From Megasphaera elsdenii DSM 20460 (GTDB lineage Bacteria > Bacillota > Negativicutes > Veillonellales > Megasphaeraceae): a stretch of DNA of 32,000 bases. The notes under the pieces are model-generated. The model was not told the origin of the DNA. It made no database searches and worked only from the letters and a program-made list of their open reading frames with translations. The stretch lies in contig NZ_CP027570.1 of assembly GCF_003010495.1 (NCBI RefSeq), forward strand, positions 2,010,001 through 2,042,000. Reading direction: 5' to 3'. Shown here piece by piece: positions 6,445 through 14,125 of this stretch (positions are counted from its first letter, which is position 1; each line of letters starts with the position of its first letter). Both the position numbers and the translations under genes were made by a program.

Positions 6445-9096
6445 ATGTTTTCTAACCTACATACTCATACCGACTATAGCCTGCATGATGGATATGCTAA
6501 GATTCCCGATTTAGTGAGCAGAGCTAAAGAGCTTGGGTATCCAGCACTGGCCATCACAGACCATGGGACTGTAACGGGCTTGATTGATTTCTATGAAGAG
6601 TGTAAGAAACAGGGTATCAAACCTATCCTCGGTTGCGAATTCTATTATACCAATGAAATCACCGTAAAGGAAGCTCCGACATACCACCTCTTGATTCTGG
6701 CCAAAGATAATGATGGATATAAGAACATGATGAAGATGGATACCTATGCTCACGAACATTTTTATCGGAAGCCAAGAATCGGAATCGAAGCCCTCAAACA
6801 GTATCATGAGGGGCTCATCTGCACCACAGCCTGCATCGCCGGTCCACTAAGTGCTTCAGAACCAGAATCCTTGTACAATAATTTATTAGAGATATTTGGT
6901 GACGATCTGTATGTAGAAATCCAGCCTCATGATTTCCAAGAACAGATTGAATACAACGAGAAGTGGAAGGACTATTTCCCCAGCTCGAAAACTATCGTTA
7001 CGTTAGACAGCCATTACATTGACAAGGAAGATATCCAAGCTCATAAGTTATGGCTCGGTCTTGGCGACGATTCCCAGTATTACGCCTCTGACGACTATTA
7101 CCTTCGGAGTGAGGACGAAGTACTGGACTGGTTCAAAAAATATGGTATTGACGCAAAGAGTTACATTGATAATGTACAAGAAATCGTTGATAAATGTAAT
7201 GTAGAAATTGAGTTTGGTGGACAGCATTACCCCGTATTCTGTGATGACCCAGCAACCTATGTAAAACAGAAATGCAATGAAGGATTCAAGGCTTTAGGGA
7301 TAAGCAAGTACCCGAACAAAGATAAGTACATCAAGCAGGTACGGCATGAATTCAAAATCCTGAGTGACCTTGGATATCTCAATTATTTCTGCATCATTGA
7401 TGATATGATTCGTCATTGTCGTGAAGTCGGTATTCCAACAGGCCTCGGTCGTGGTTCCGTAGTCGGTAGCCTGACAGCGTACCTCATGGGAATTACAAAG
7501 TTAGACCCCATTAAGTACAATCTCGTATTTGAAAGATTTGCAAACCCAGAACGTGTAACCCCAGCAGACATAGACACCGATGTGTCCACTCCGAGAAGAG
7601 GCGACGTTATCGAATATGTAAAAGAGAAATATGGGGAAGTATATCAGGTTCGTACCATCAGCTATGTTCAAGATAAATCGGCTGTACAAAGAGCCGCACA
7701 GGCGATAAACGGGAAACATTATCTGGATTTAATTAGCGAGTACAAAAAGACAGACTCGTACAAAAAGAAGGCGGAAGAAAATGAACGCCTTGCTGACCAC
7801 GATGCCTTCATAGCGTGTAGAAATAAAGAACTTATTAAACCTGTTGAATATACCAAAATGAGTAAAAACATCAACATAGTTGAAGACATGCCGGAGAAGA
7901 CTTCCCTACAAAAGAGATGGAAAGCTTTGGCTATGAAATTCCGTGGTCACATCATCTCCTATGGATGCCATGCGTCGGCGGTGTTGGTAAGTCCGGAAGA
8001 TGTATGTAACTGGACAGCAATCGAAAAACAAGGTGACAACATGGTTGTCTGCCACGATTTCCACCAGCTGGAAGCTCAGGGGTTATTGAAACTCGATATC
8101 CTTGGCCTTGAAACTTTGGATATCATCGAACAGACCAAGCACCGTGCCGGTATTGACATTGACGTAGCTAAGATTCCAGTAGATGACAAGACAACCGCCG
8201 CTATGCTCCGCAAGGGTGATACAACTGGTTGCTTCCAGATTGAATCAAATGTTATGACAAATATCATCATCAGGATGAATGTTAAGAATGTAGAAGACAT
8301 GTCAGCAGTTGTTGCGTTAGGAAGACCGGGTCCGTTAGACTCTGGAATGGCAGAAACTTTCCTCCGCCGCCGTAACCACCAAGAACCTACCGTGTATGAT
8401 ATTCCAGAACTCGAACCTATCCTTAGGGATACGGAAGGTGTCATTCTGTATCAGGAACAAATCATGCAGATTGCTCAGAAGATATGTGGATATTCCCTCG
8501 GTGAAGCAGATAATCTCCGTAGAATCATTGGCCGTAAGGTAGTAGATGAAATGAAACCGGCTGTAGATGATATGATTTCAAGAGGAGTAAAGAATGGATA
8601 CACAGAAGCTCAAATGAAAAGATTGACCGATAATATCATCACCTTTGCCTCCTATGGCTTCAATAGAGGCCATTCTGCGGCTTACGGTATGACAGCATGG
8701 GTTACTGCCTATTTAAAGGCTCATTATCCAGCGGCGTTCATGGCTTCTTTGTTGGATTCTAACTGTAAGGATAAACCGAAACTAGCCTCTTATATTCTTG
8801 AAGCAATGCATATGGGAATTAAGATTCTCCCTCCCCAGCTTTCCCATTATAACTGTTACTCGGACTACGACGAAGAAGGGGCCTATATTATTCTTGGGCT
8901 GAACTGTATCGCTGGAGTAGGCAACACACAGATTCCCAAAGATTCCCCAGAAGACTTCAAAACGTTTTTGGAAGCCAATATCAATATGAATAAGACAGTT
9001 TTGAGTAACTTAGTAAAAGCTGGTGTATTCAAAGGGAACAGAGACGAGATGCTACAATATATTGTGTGGGCAAAAGATAAAAGAAAATCGAAATGA
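6445..9096 (+). CDS. dnaE: Phage-encoded DNA polymerase III alpha subunit (DnaE-type, PHP domain plus polymerase core), 883 aa, ending at an in-frame TGA before the OB-fold region
   Basis: AAAGGAG SD upstream of ATG 6445. The ORF-track start at 6328 lies inside terminator 6336-6366 and is rejected. PHP motif HTHTDYSLHDGYAKI...AITDHGTVTG. Pol III alpha core motifs: PADIDTDV, HASAVLVS, KLDILGLETL, GCFQIES, ALGRPGPL, YQEQIMQIAQ...GEADNLRR, FNRGHSAAYG...AYLKAHYPAAFMASLL. Confidence 0.9.
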   Translation: MFSNLHTHTDYSLHDGYAKIPDLVSRAKELGYPALAITDHGTVTGLIDFYEECKKQGIKPILGCEFYYTNEITVKEAPTYHLLILAKDNDGYKNMMKMDTYAHEHFYRKPRIGIEALKQYHEGLICTTACIAGPLSASEPESLYNNLLEIFGDDLYVEIQPHDFQEQIEYNEKWKDYFPSSKTIVTLDSHYIDKEDIQAHKLWLGLGDDSQYYASDDYYLRSEDEVLDWFKKYGIDAKSYIDNVQEIVDKCNVEIEFGGQHYPVFCDDPATYVKQKCNEGFKALGISKYPNKDKYIKQVRHEFKILSDLGYLNYFCIIDDMIRHCREVGIPTGLGRGSVVGSLTAYLMGITKLDPIKYNLVFERFANPERVTPADIDTDVSTPRRGDVIEYVKEKYGEVYQVRTISYVQDKSAVQRAAQAINGKHYLDLISEYKKTDSYKKKAEENERLADHDAFIACRNKELIKPVEYTKMSKNINIVEDMPEKTSLQKRWKALAMKFRGHIISYGCHASAVLVSPEDVCNWTAIEKQGDNMVVCHDFHQLEAQGLLKLDILGLETLDIIEQTKHRAGIDIDVAKIPVDDKTTAAMLRKGDTTGCFQIESNVMTNIIIRMNVKNVEDMSAVVALGRPGPLDSGMAETFLRRRNHQEPTVYDIPELEPILRDTEGVILYQEQIMQIAQKICGYSLGEADNLRRIIGRKVVDEMKPAVDDMISRGVKNGYTEAQMKRLTDNIITFASYGFNRGHSAAYGMTAWVTAYLKAHYPAAFMASLLDSNCKDKPKLASYILEAMHMGIKILPPQLSHYNCYSDYDEEGAYIILGLNCIAGVGNTQIPKDSPEDFKTFLEANINMNKTVLSNLVKAGVFKGNRDEMLQYIVWAKDKRKSK

Positions 9097-9132
9097 GAGT
9101 TTAAATATACGCCCACTGCGTATAACGAACAG

Positions 9133-9420
9133 ATGGAAGAATCTAAGGTATTGGGTATGAGCTTTGGAGATATATTCTCAAAATACAAAATGGACTTAGT
9201 GAATAACGTGGATATCTTCGGATACGAAGTCTTGAATGTCAAAGGGAGAAAGACTAAAACTGGGAAGAACATGGCCTTCGTAAAAGTCCGGGATAATAAG
9301 TCTGTTCATGATTTGGTCATCTTTAATGACCGGTATAAAGACATCAAAGCCCATAACGTATATATCATGAAAGTACGCAACAATCGAATCTTTGATTTCA
9401 CCGAAGCCAAATTGGCATAA
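9133..9420 (+). CDS. OB-fold fragment corresponding to the C-terminal OB domain of DnaE. It is in the same frame as dnaE, separated from it only by TGA plus 12 sense codons.
   Basis: EESKVLGMSF... resembles the E-x-E-x-LG-x-Y-hS-GHP linker of DnaE. GRKTKTGKNMAFVKVRDNKSVHDLVIFNDRY resembles the DnaE OB core (K-x-G-x-x-MAF-hTL-x-D-x-x-G-x-h-E-hVhF). No SD precedes ATG 9133. A weak AAGG precedes the internal ATG at 9157. Confidence 0.6.
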   Translation: MEESKVLGMSFGDIFSKYKMDLVNNVDIFGYEVLNVKGRKTKTGKNMAFVKVRDNKSVHDLVIFNDRYKDIKAHNVYIMKVRNNRIFDFTEAKLA

Positions 9421-9425
9421 AGAAA

Positions 9426-9476
9426 AAGAACATCTGTTGGTTCTACTCAATTTTGAGTATATCCTAGGATGTTCTT
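9426..9476. terminator. Nested hairpins between convergent genes (bidirectional terminator candidate)
   Basis: Outer stem AAGAACATC (9426-9434) / GATGTTCTT (9468-9476), flanked by an A-run upstream and T-rich sequence downstream. Inner hairpin TACTCAA-tt-TTGAGTA at 9444-9459. Confidence 0.55.
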
Positions 9477-9495
9477 TCTTATTATAGAGAAACAT

Positions 9496-9663
9496 TTATC
9501 TTTTCTCCAAATCCTTATACGCTTTCTGATTTCTCTCAAACATAATTTGAGAAGCTTTACGTATCTTTTCTTTTATCTCTGGATTTACCTTGCTCGTGAT
9601 GACTTTATGTCTCACGGGCTTTTTTGTTGTTTCTGGATGGTTGGTATTATTCACAATGACCAT
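9496..9663 (-). CDS. Small basic protein (55 aa), not in the ORF track (below its size cut-off); possibly ribbon-helix-helix-like
   Basis: Hand translation of the minus strand gives MVIVNNTNHPETTKKPVRHKVITSKVNPEIKEKIRKASQIMFERNQKAYKDLEKR*. The ATG lies 3 nt after the stop of the XRE gene (TAA-gga-ATG), suggesting coupling. The coding strand is A-rich like the other phage genes. It ends just before terminator 9426-9476. Fold assignment is a guess. Confidence 0.35.
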   Translation of the reverse strand: MVIVNNTNHPETTKKPVRHKVITSKVNPEIKEKIRKASQIMFERNQKAYKDLEKR

Positions 9664-9666
9664 TCC

Positions 9667-9999
9667 TTACTTTATATTGTTTAATTGCCTTGCCGCTTCT
9701 TCTAACTTACACTTCTTATAAAAACCAATCACTTTTTCTCGGTTTTCTGGTCTATGAATCCATTCTTCGACTTCTCCTGGGAGATTACCAATATCTATCC
9801 CTGTGGCGATATAGGCTTCACTTACTCCATATAAGTTGGCAAGCTTTTGTACTTTATCTTGTCTGAGTCTTTTAATCTCTCCTGACTCCCACCTCCAAAT
9901 AAGGGATTGCCCTACACCTATCTTGTCTGCTACTTCTTGTTGTGTCATGTCATGTTCTTTTCTTAGTTTTACTAATCTCTGGGCTAATGTTAGTGGCAA
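9667..9999 (-). CDS. XRE-family helix-turn-helix transcriptional regulator (phage repressor-like). The longest ORF would start at ATG 10032.
   Basis: LAQRLVKLRKEHDMTQQEVADKIGVGQSLIWRWESGE is a textbook XRE/Cro-CI HTH. GAGGTG lies 6 nt upstream of TTG 9999, which gives the usual short N-terminus. ATG 10032 has no SD. Confidence 0.8.
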   Translation of the reverse strand: MPLTLAQRLVKLRKEHDMTQQEVADKIGVGQSLIWRWESGEIKRLRQDKVQKLANLYGVSEAYIATGIDIGNLPGEVEEWIHRPENREKVIGFYKKCKLEEAARQLNNIK

Positions 10000-10073
10000 A
10001 TTAATCACCTCTTTTTTAGTTAATAATAACATAAAGTGGATAGGAAAGGCAAATTTTAATCACCCAATCAGGG

Positions 10074-10097
10074 GGTGTGCTCAAAATTGAGCACACC
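10074..10097. repeat. Perfect 10-bp-arm palindrome GGTGTGCTCA-aaat-TGAGCACACC upstream of the XRE gene (operator or attachment-related site candidate)
   Basis: Read directly: 10074-10083 pairs with 10088-10097. No U-tract on either strand. Confidence 0.6.
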
Positions 10098-10112
10098 AAA
10101 CAAATATTCTAT

Positions 10113-10135
10113 TTTACTGCAACATTTACTGCAAC
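10113..10135. repeat. Tandem direct repeat TTTACTGCAAC x2 (12-nt phase), with a third partial copy GTTACTGTG at 10144-10152
   Basis: 10113-10123 and 10125-10135 are identical 11-mers. Confidence 0.7.
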
Positions 10136-10157
10136 GCGAATCACGTTACTGTGTTTA

Positions 10158-10175
10158 ATGTTGTATATGTTGTAT
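10158..10175. repeat. Perfect tandem 9-mer ATGTTGTAT x2
   Basis: 10158-10166 equals 10167-10175. Confidence 0.7.
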
Positions 10176-10204
10176 CTGAAAATAAAAAAAATAAACCAAA
10201 TCCA

Positions 10205-10233
10205 TTGGAAACTATTCCATATATGATTATAAT
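10205..10233 (+). promoter_or_regulatory. Sigma-70-type promoter for lepA-hemW
   Basis: TTGGAA (10205-10210), 17-nt spacer, TATAAT (10228-10233). Confidence 0.6.
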
Positions 10234-10289
10234 GTGTTAAAGTAACTTAGTTGTTGCTTAATATTCGGCATAAAAAGAGGAGGACTACC

Positions 10290-12092
10290 GTGTCTACAGA
10301 TCATATCAGAAACTTTTCAATTATCGCGCATATCGACCATGGCAAATCGACGTTGGCCGACCGGATGCTGGAAATGACCGGCACCGTGCCCAAACGGGAA
10401 ATGGAAGACCAGCTCCTCGATACGATGGATCTCGAACGGGAACGGGGCATCACCATCAAAGCCCAGTCAGCCCGTCTCATTTATGATGCCCAAGACGGCA
10501 AACAGTATACCCTGAATCTCATCGACACGCCGGGGCACGTCGACTTCAATTACGAAGTATCGCGCAGCCTGGCGGCCTGCGAAGGGGCCCTGCTCATCGT
10601 CGATGCCACGCAGGGCGTCGAAGCTCAGACCCTGGCCAATGTCTATTTAGCCTTGGAACACGATCTGGAAATCATTCCCATCATCAATAAGGTCGACCTG
10701 CCCAGTGCCGACCCCGACCGGGTCTGCAAGGAAATCGAAGACGTCATCGGCCTCGACGCGTCGGACGCCATCATGATCAGCGCCAAGACGGGCTACGGCG
10801 TCGACAAGGTCCTGGAAGCCATCGTCCAGCGCATCCCGGCACCGGCTGACGAAGGGGACAAACCCTTGCGGGCCCTCATCTTCGACTCTCATTTCGATGC
10901 CTACAAAGGGGCTATCGCCAACATCCGCATCATGGAAGGCAGCATCAAGCCGGGCCAGCGCATCCGCATGATGGCGTCGGGCAAGGAATTTGAAGTCATC
11001 GAAACGGGCGTCTTCCTGCCCCAGATGCATCCCGTCCCGTCCCTGGAATGTGGCAGCGTCGGTTATCTGGCGGCCAGCATGAAGAACGTCCGCGACTGCC
11101 GCGTCGGCGATACGGTCACCCTGGCCGACAATCCGGCCAAAGAAGCCCTGCCGGGCTACCGCAAGGCCGTGCCCATGGTCTATTGCGGCCTCTATCCGGT
11201 AGAAACGAATGACTACGACAATCTCCGCGATGCCCTGGAAAAGCTCCACCTCAATGATGCAGCCCTCCTCTTTGAACCGGAAACATCGTCGGCCCTGGGC
11301 TTTGGCTTCCGCTGCGGTTTCCTGGGCCTTTTGCACATGGATGTCGTCCGCGAACGGCTGGAACGGGAATACAACCTGTCCCTGATCACGACGGCACCGT
11401 CGGTTATTTACCACGTCTACTGCACGGACGGGACGATGGTCGAAGTGGACAATCCGTCGCAGATGCCGGATATGACCAAAATCGACCATATCGAAGAACC
11501 CCTGGTCAAGACGACGATCATCATCCCCAAGGACATGGTCGGCACGGTCATGGAAATCTCCCAGAACCGCCGCGGCCAGTACGTCACCATGGATTACCTC
11601 GACGATACGCGCGTCTCCTTGGTCTACAACCTGCCGCTGTGCGAAATCCTTTACGACTACTTCGACGTCCTCAAGTCGGCGACCCGCGGCTATGCATCCC
11701 TCGATTACGAGCTCAACGGGTATCAGGCTTCGCCCATGGTCAAAATGGACATCCTCATCAACGGCGACGTCGTCGATGCCTTGAGTATCATCGTCCACAA
11801 GGACTTTGCCGCCCGCCGCGGCCGCGCCCTGGTCGAAAAACTGCGCAGCCTCATCCCGCGCCAGCTCTTCCAGATCCCCATCCAGGCAGCCGTCGGCAAT
11901 AAGATCATTGCCCGCGAAAACGTGGCAGCCCTGCGCAAGGACGTCCTGGCCAAGTGCTATGGCGGCGATATTTCCCGTAAGCGCAAGCTCCTGGAAAAAC
12001 AGAAGGAAGGCAAGAAGCGCATGAAACAGTTCGGCACCGTCGAAATCCCGCAGGAAGCCTTCATGGCTGTCCTCAAAGTCGACGAAGAATGA
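10290..12092 (+). CDS. lepA: Elongation factor 4 (translational GTPase LepA)
   Basis: [25 protein letters not shown] (G1), DTPGHVDF (G3), NKVDL (G4); 600 aa. GGAGG lies 6 nt upstream of GTG 10290. The ORF-track TTG at 10251 is rejected. Confidence 0.95.
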   Translation: MSTDHIRNFSIIAHIDHGKSTLADRMLEMTGTVPKREMEDQLLDTMDLERERGITIKAQSARLIYDAQDGKQYTLNLIDTPGHVDFNYEVSRSLAACEGALLIVDATQGVEAQTLANVYLALEHDLEIIPIINKVDLPSADPDRVCKEIEDVIGLDASDAIMISAKTGYGVDKVLEAIVQRIPAPADEGDKPLRALIFDSHFDAYKGAIANIRIMEGSIKPGQRIRMMASGKEFEVIETGVFLPQMHPVPSLECGSVGYLAASMKNVRDCRVGDTVTLADNPAKEALPGYRKAVPMVYCGLYPVETNDYDNLRDALEKLHLNDAALLFEPETSSALGFGFRCGFLGLLHMDVVRERLEREYNLSLITTAPSVIYHVYCTDGTMVEVDNPSQMPDMTKIDHIEEPLVKTTIIIPKDMVGTVMEISQNRRGQYVTMDYLDDTRVSLVYNLPLCEILYDYFDVLKSATRGYASLDYELNGYQASPMVKMDILINGDVVDALSIIVHKDFAARRGRALVEKLRSLIPRQLFQIPIQAAVGNKIIARENVAALRKDVLAKCYGGDISRKRKLLEKQKEGKKRMKQFGTVEIPQEAFMAVLKVDEE

Positions 12093-13213
12093 CGCTGGGC
12101 CTGTACGTCCACATCCCTTTCTGTCGCCATAAATGCCTGTACTGCGACTTTCCGTCCTATGCCGGCCTGGAGCGCTATCGCGACGGCTACGTCCAGGCAC
12201 TGTGCCGGGACATCGCCGCGTCTCCTTATGCCGGGGAAGAAGCCGATACGATCTATATCGGCGGCGGCACGCCGTCCCTGCTGGCGGCCGGCGACATCGA
12301 TCGCATCCTGAAGGCCCTCCGGCAGACCTTCCGCATGACTAGCCATGCGGAAATCACAGTGGAAGCCAATCCGGACAGCCTCGATTATGATAAGGCTGCG
12401 GCCCTGGCCGATTGCGGCGTCAACCGCCTGAGTCTGGGCGTCCAGTCCTTTTCCGACGCCATGCTGTCCTTCCTGGGCCGGGTCCACACGGCAGCCCAGG
12501 GGGAAAGGGCCATCCAGGCGGCTTACGATGCCGGCATCCACAACCTGTCCCTGGACCTCATGTACGGCCTGCCGGGCCAGACCTTGGCCGATGTCCGCCG
12601 CGACGTGGAGCGCCTGTCTCAGCTGCCCGTCGTCCACGCGTCCATTTACAGCCTCATCGTCGAAGAGGGGACGCAGCTCAAAGCCGGCCTGGAGAAAGGG
12701 GATTGGCAGCTGCCACCAGACGAGGCGACGGAAGCCATGGCCCAGACGGTCCACGACGCCATGCACGGCTATGGTTTTCATCACTACGAGATTTCCAGTT
12801 ATGCCAAAGGCCCCTTCGAGTCGCGCCACAACAGCAAGTACTGGACCTATGAGCCCTACATCGGCTTCGGCGTGTCGGCCCATTCCTTCGACGGGAAGAT
12901 GCGCTGGGCCAACGTGGCCAACATCCCGGCCTATATCCAAAAGGCCGGGAAGGGGAGTGTCGTTTCCGAGTCCGTCGCCATCGACGCCGAGCGGGCCGTC
13001 GAAGATTACTGCTTCCTGGCCCTGCGCCGCCGCGCCGGCATCGACTACGGCGATTATGCCCGCCGCTTCGGGAAAGCCATTGAAGACGACTTCGGTCCCG
13101 TCATCGACCAGCTCGTCCGCCAGGGCCTTCTGGAACGCACGGCACAGGGCTGCTGCCTCAGTGAAGAAGGTTTAGGCTATGGCAATTATGTATTCAGTAA
13201 ATTTATACGATGA
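12089..13213 (+). CDS. hemW: Radical SAM heme chaperone HemW (HemN-like, oxygen-independent coproporphyrinogen oxidase family)
   Basis: [17 protein letters not shown] contains the CxxxCxxC radical-SAM motif. ATGA overlap with the lepA stop. The lepA-hemN/W pairing is conserved. Confidence 0.9.
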   Translation: MTLGLYVHIPFCRHKCLYCDFPSYAGLERYRDGYVQALCRDIAASPYAGEEADTIYIGGGTPSLLAAGDIDRILKALRQTFRMTSHAEITVEANPDSLDYDKAAALADCGVNRLSLGVQSFSDAMLSFLGRVHTAAQGERAIQAAYDAGIHNLSLDLMYGLPGQTLADVRRDVERLSQLPVVHASIYSLIVEEGTQLKAGLEKGDWQLPPDEATEAMAQTVHDAMHGYGFHHYEISSYAKGPFESRHNSKYWTYEPYIGFGVSAHSFDGKMRWANVANIPAYIQKAGKGSVVSESVAIDAERAVEDYCFLALRRRAGIDYGDYARRFGKAIEDDFGPVIDQLVRQGLLERTAQGCCLSEEGLGYGNYVFSKFIR

Positions 13214-13226
13214 ACTTCAGAAATTG

Positions 13227-13255
13227 TTGACAAATGACGCCAATCTGAGTATAAT
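13227..13255 (+). promoter_or_regulatory. Consensus sigma-70 promoter for rpsU-yqeY
   Basis: TTGACA (13227-13232), 17-nt spacer, TATAAT (13250-13255). Confidence 0.7.
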
Positions 13256-13311
13256 TTCATTGTGTGCAGTAAAAGCACTCCCTATCATACCTTGGAGGGA
13301 GGGATAATAGA

Positions 13312-13491
13312 ATGGCAGAAATCAGAGTTGGTAAAAACGAAACGTTAGACAGCGCACTTCGCCGCTTCAAACGTTCTTGCCAAAAGGCAGGTGTTCTTTC
13401 CGAAGTACGGAAACGTGAACACTACGAAAAACCGAGTGTACGGAGAAAGAAAAAATCCGAAGCAGCACGGAAACGGAAGTACAGAGCATAA
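13312..13491 (+). CDS. rpsU: 30S ribosomal protein S21 (59 aa; absent from the ORF track because of its size)
   Basis: Hand translation gives [60 protein letters not shown] long SD, GGAGGGAGGG, lies upstream. Confidence 0.95.
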   Translation: MAEIRVGKNETLDSALRRFKRSCQKAGVLSEVRKREHYEKPSVRRKKKSEAARKRKYRA

Positions 13492-13517
13492 TCGTCAAAT
13501 GTAAGAAGGGTGATAGC

Positions 13518-13964
13518 ATGTCTCTTAAAGAAGAACTGCTTCAGGACATGAAAGCGGCTATGAAAGCCAAAGAAGCTGGTAAAACGGCTTTGTCCGTCAT
13601 CCGCATGGTCCGTTCGGCCATCCGCAACACGGAAATCGACGGCAAATGCGAACTCGATGACGCTGGCGTCGGCGCCGTCATTGCCAAAGAAATGAAACAG
13701 CGCAAGGAATCGTTGGCTGAGTTTGAAAAGGCAGGCCGCAGCGACCTCGTCGAAGAAACGAAGGCAGAAATGGCCGTACTGGAAAAGTACATGCCCAAAC
13801 AGCTCACAGCCGATGAAATCCGCCAGATCGTCAACGATGCCGTTGCCGGTCAGAGCGGTCTCAAGATGGGCGACGTCATGAAGCTCGTCATGCCGAAAGT
13901 CAAAGGTAAGGCTGACGGCAAGCTTGTTTCACAGATTGTTCGAGAAATTTTACAAAATAATTAG
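13518..13964 (+). CDS. yqeY: GatB/YqeY domain-containing protein
   Basis: MSLKEELLQDMKAAMKAKE...LSVIRMVRSAIRN...EMKQRKESLAEFEKAGR is typical of the YqeY family. The rpsU-yqeY pairing is conserved in Firmicutes. Confidence 0.9.
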   Translation: MSLKEELLQDMKAAMKAKEAGKTALSVIRMVRSAIRNTEIDGKCELDDAGVGAVIAKEMKQRKESLAEFEKAGRSDLVEETKAEMAVLEKYMPKQLTADEIRQIVNDAVAGQSGLKMGDVMKLVMPKVKGKADGKLVSQIVREILQNN

Positions 13965-13992
13965 TTTTGTTAGATTTTTATAAAAAATCTAT

Positions 13993-14020
13993 TGACAAAT
14001 AGACTGATTGATTGTATTAT
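13993..14020 (+). promoter_or_regulatory. Promoter of the glutamine synthetase gene
   Basis: TTGACA (13993-13998), 16-nt spacer, TATTAT (14015-14020). An AT palindrome, TAGATTTTTATAAAAAATCTA (13971-13991), abuts the -35. Confidence 0.55.
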
Positions 14021-14058
14021 TTTAACATGATTTGAAAATAAAATAAGTCATGAAACAA

Positions 14059-14108
14059 GAGTCAAAGAAGACTCCGAACCTTAACCACAGGGGCGGAGTC
14101 TTTTTTTT
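14059..14108 (+). promoter_or_regulatory. Leader attenuator: intrinsic terminator with a competing upstream hexaloop hairpin
   Basis: Terminator AGACTCCG (14069-14076) ... CGGAGTCT (14094-14101) followed by a T-run ending at 14108, 18 nt before the ATG. The alternative hairpin GAGTC (14059-14063) - AAAGAA - GACTC (14070-14074) uses the terminator's 5' arm. Confidence 0.6.
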
Positions 14109-14125
14109 CACCCAAAGGAGGAGTC

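Larger units (their letters stand above)
1..10100. mobile_element. Right-hand portion of a prophage / phage-derived element (partial; continues upstream of the window). Right boundary lies somewhere in 10033-10200.
   Basis: AT-rich A/T-ending codon usage, against GC-rich GC3 codon usage from lepA onward. Phage-type content: giant virion-type protein, holin-like ORF, GH25 muramidase, phage DnaE, XRE repressor-like gene. Iterated repeats and a perfect palindrome lie at 10074-10175, next to the composition switch. Confidence 0.8.

Noticed and set aside
5193-9096. Idea that the phage uses a TGA-recoded genetic code (TGA as sense), which would explain both the dnaE UGA and the TGAs before the GH25 domain
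   Set aside because: The 1504-aa ORF and the other phage genes are intact under the standard code with no in-frame TGA. Reading through TGA 5199 and 5193 only reaches TAG 5187 without meeting a start codon. The evidence fits a local event better than global recoding.
9094-9124. Selenocysteine insertion (UGA plus a SECIS-like hairpin) in DnaE
   Set aside because: The hairpin is short (7 bp, 5-nt loop) and lacks the features I recall for bacterial SECIS elements. A Sec residue in a polymerase interdomain linker has no functional rationale. Readthrough, a split gene or a nonsense mutation are more plausible.
9469-9684. Plus-strand 71-aa ORF (MFFLIIEKHLSFLQILIRF...)
   Set aside because: It is a T-rich antisense translation of the more plausible minus-strand 55-aa ORF, begins inside the terminator hairpin, and has no SD.
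10113-10175. Short tandem repeats at the phage/host junction considered as a CRISPR array or tRNA-linked att site
   Set aside because: There are only two to three directly abutting copies of 9-12 nt with no spacers, and no tRNA-like cloverleaf is visible anywhere in 10033-10290.
10647-12940. Minus-strand ORFs 10647-12200 (517 aa) and 11957-12940 (327 aa) opposite lepA and hemW
   Set aside because: Same shadow-ORF artefact of GC-rich codon bias. The plus-strand genes carry canonical GTPase and radical-SAM motifs.
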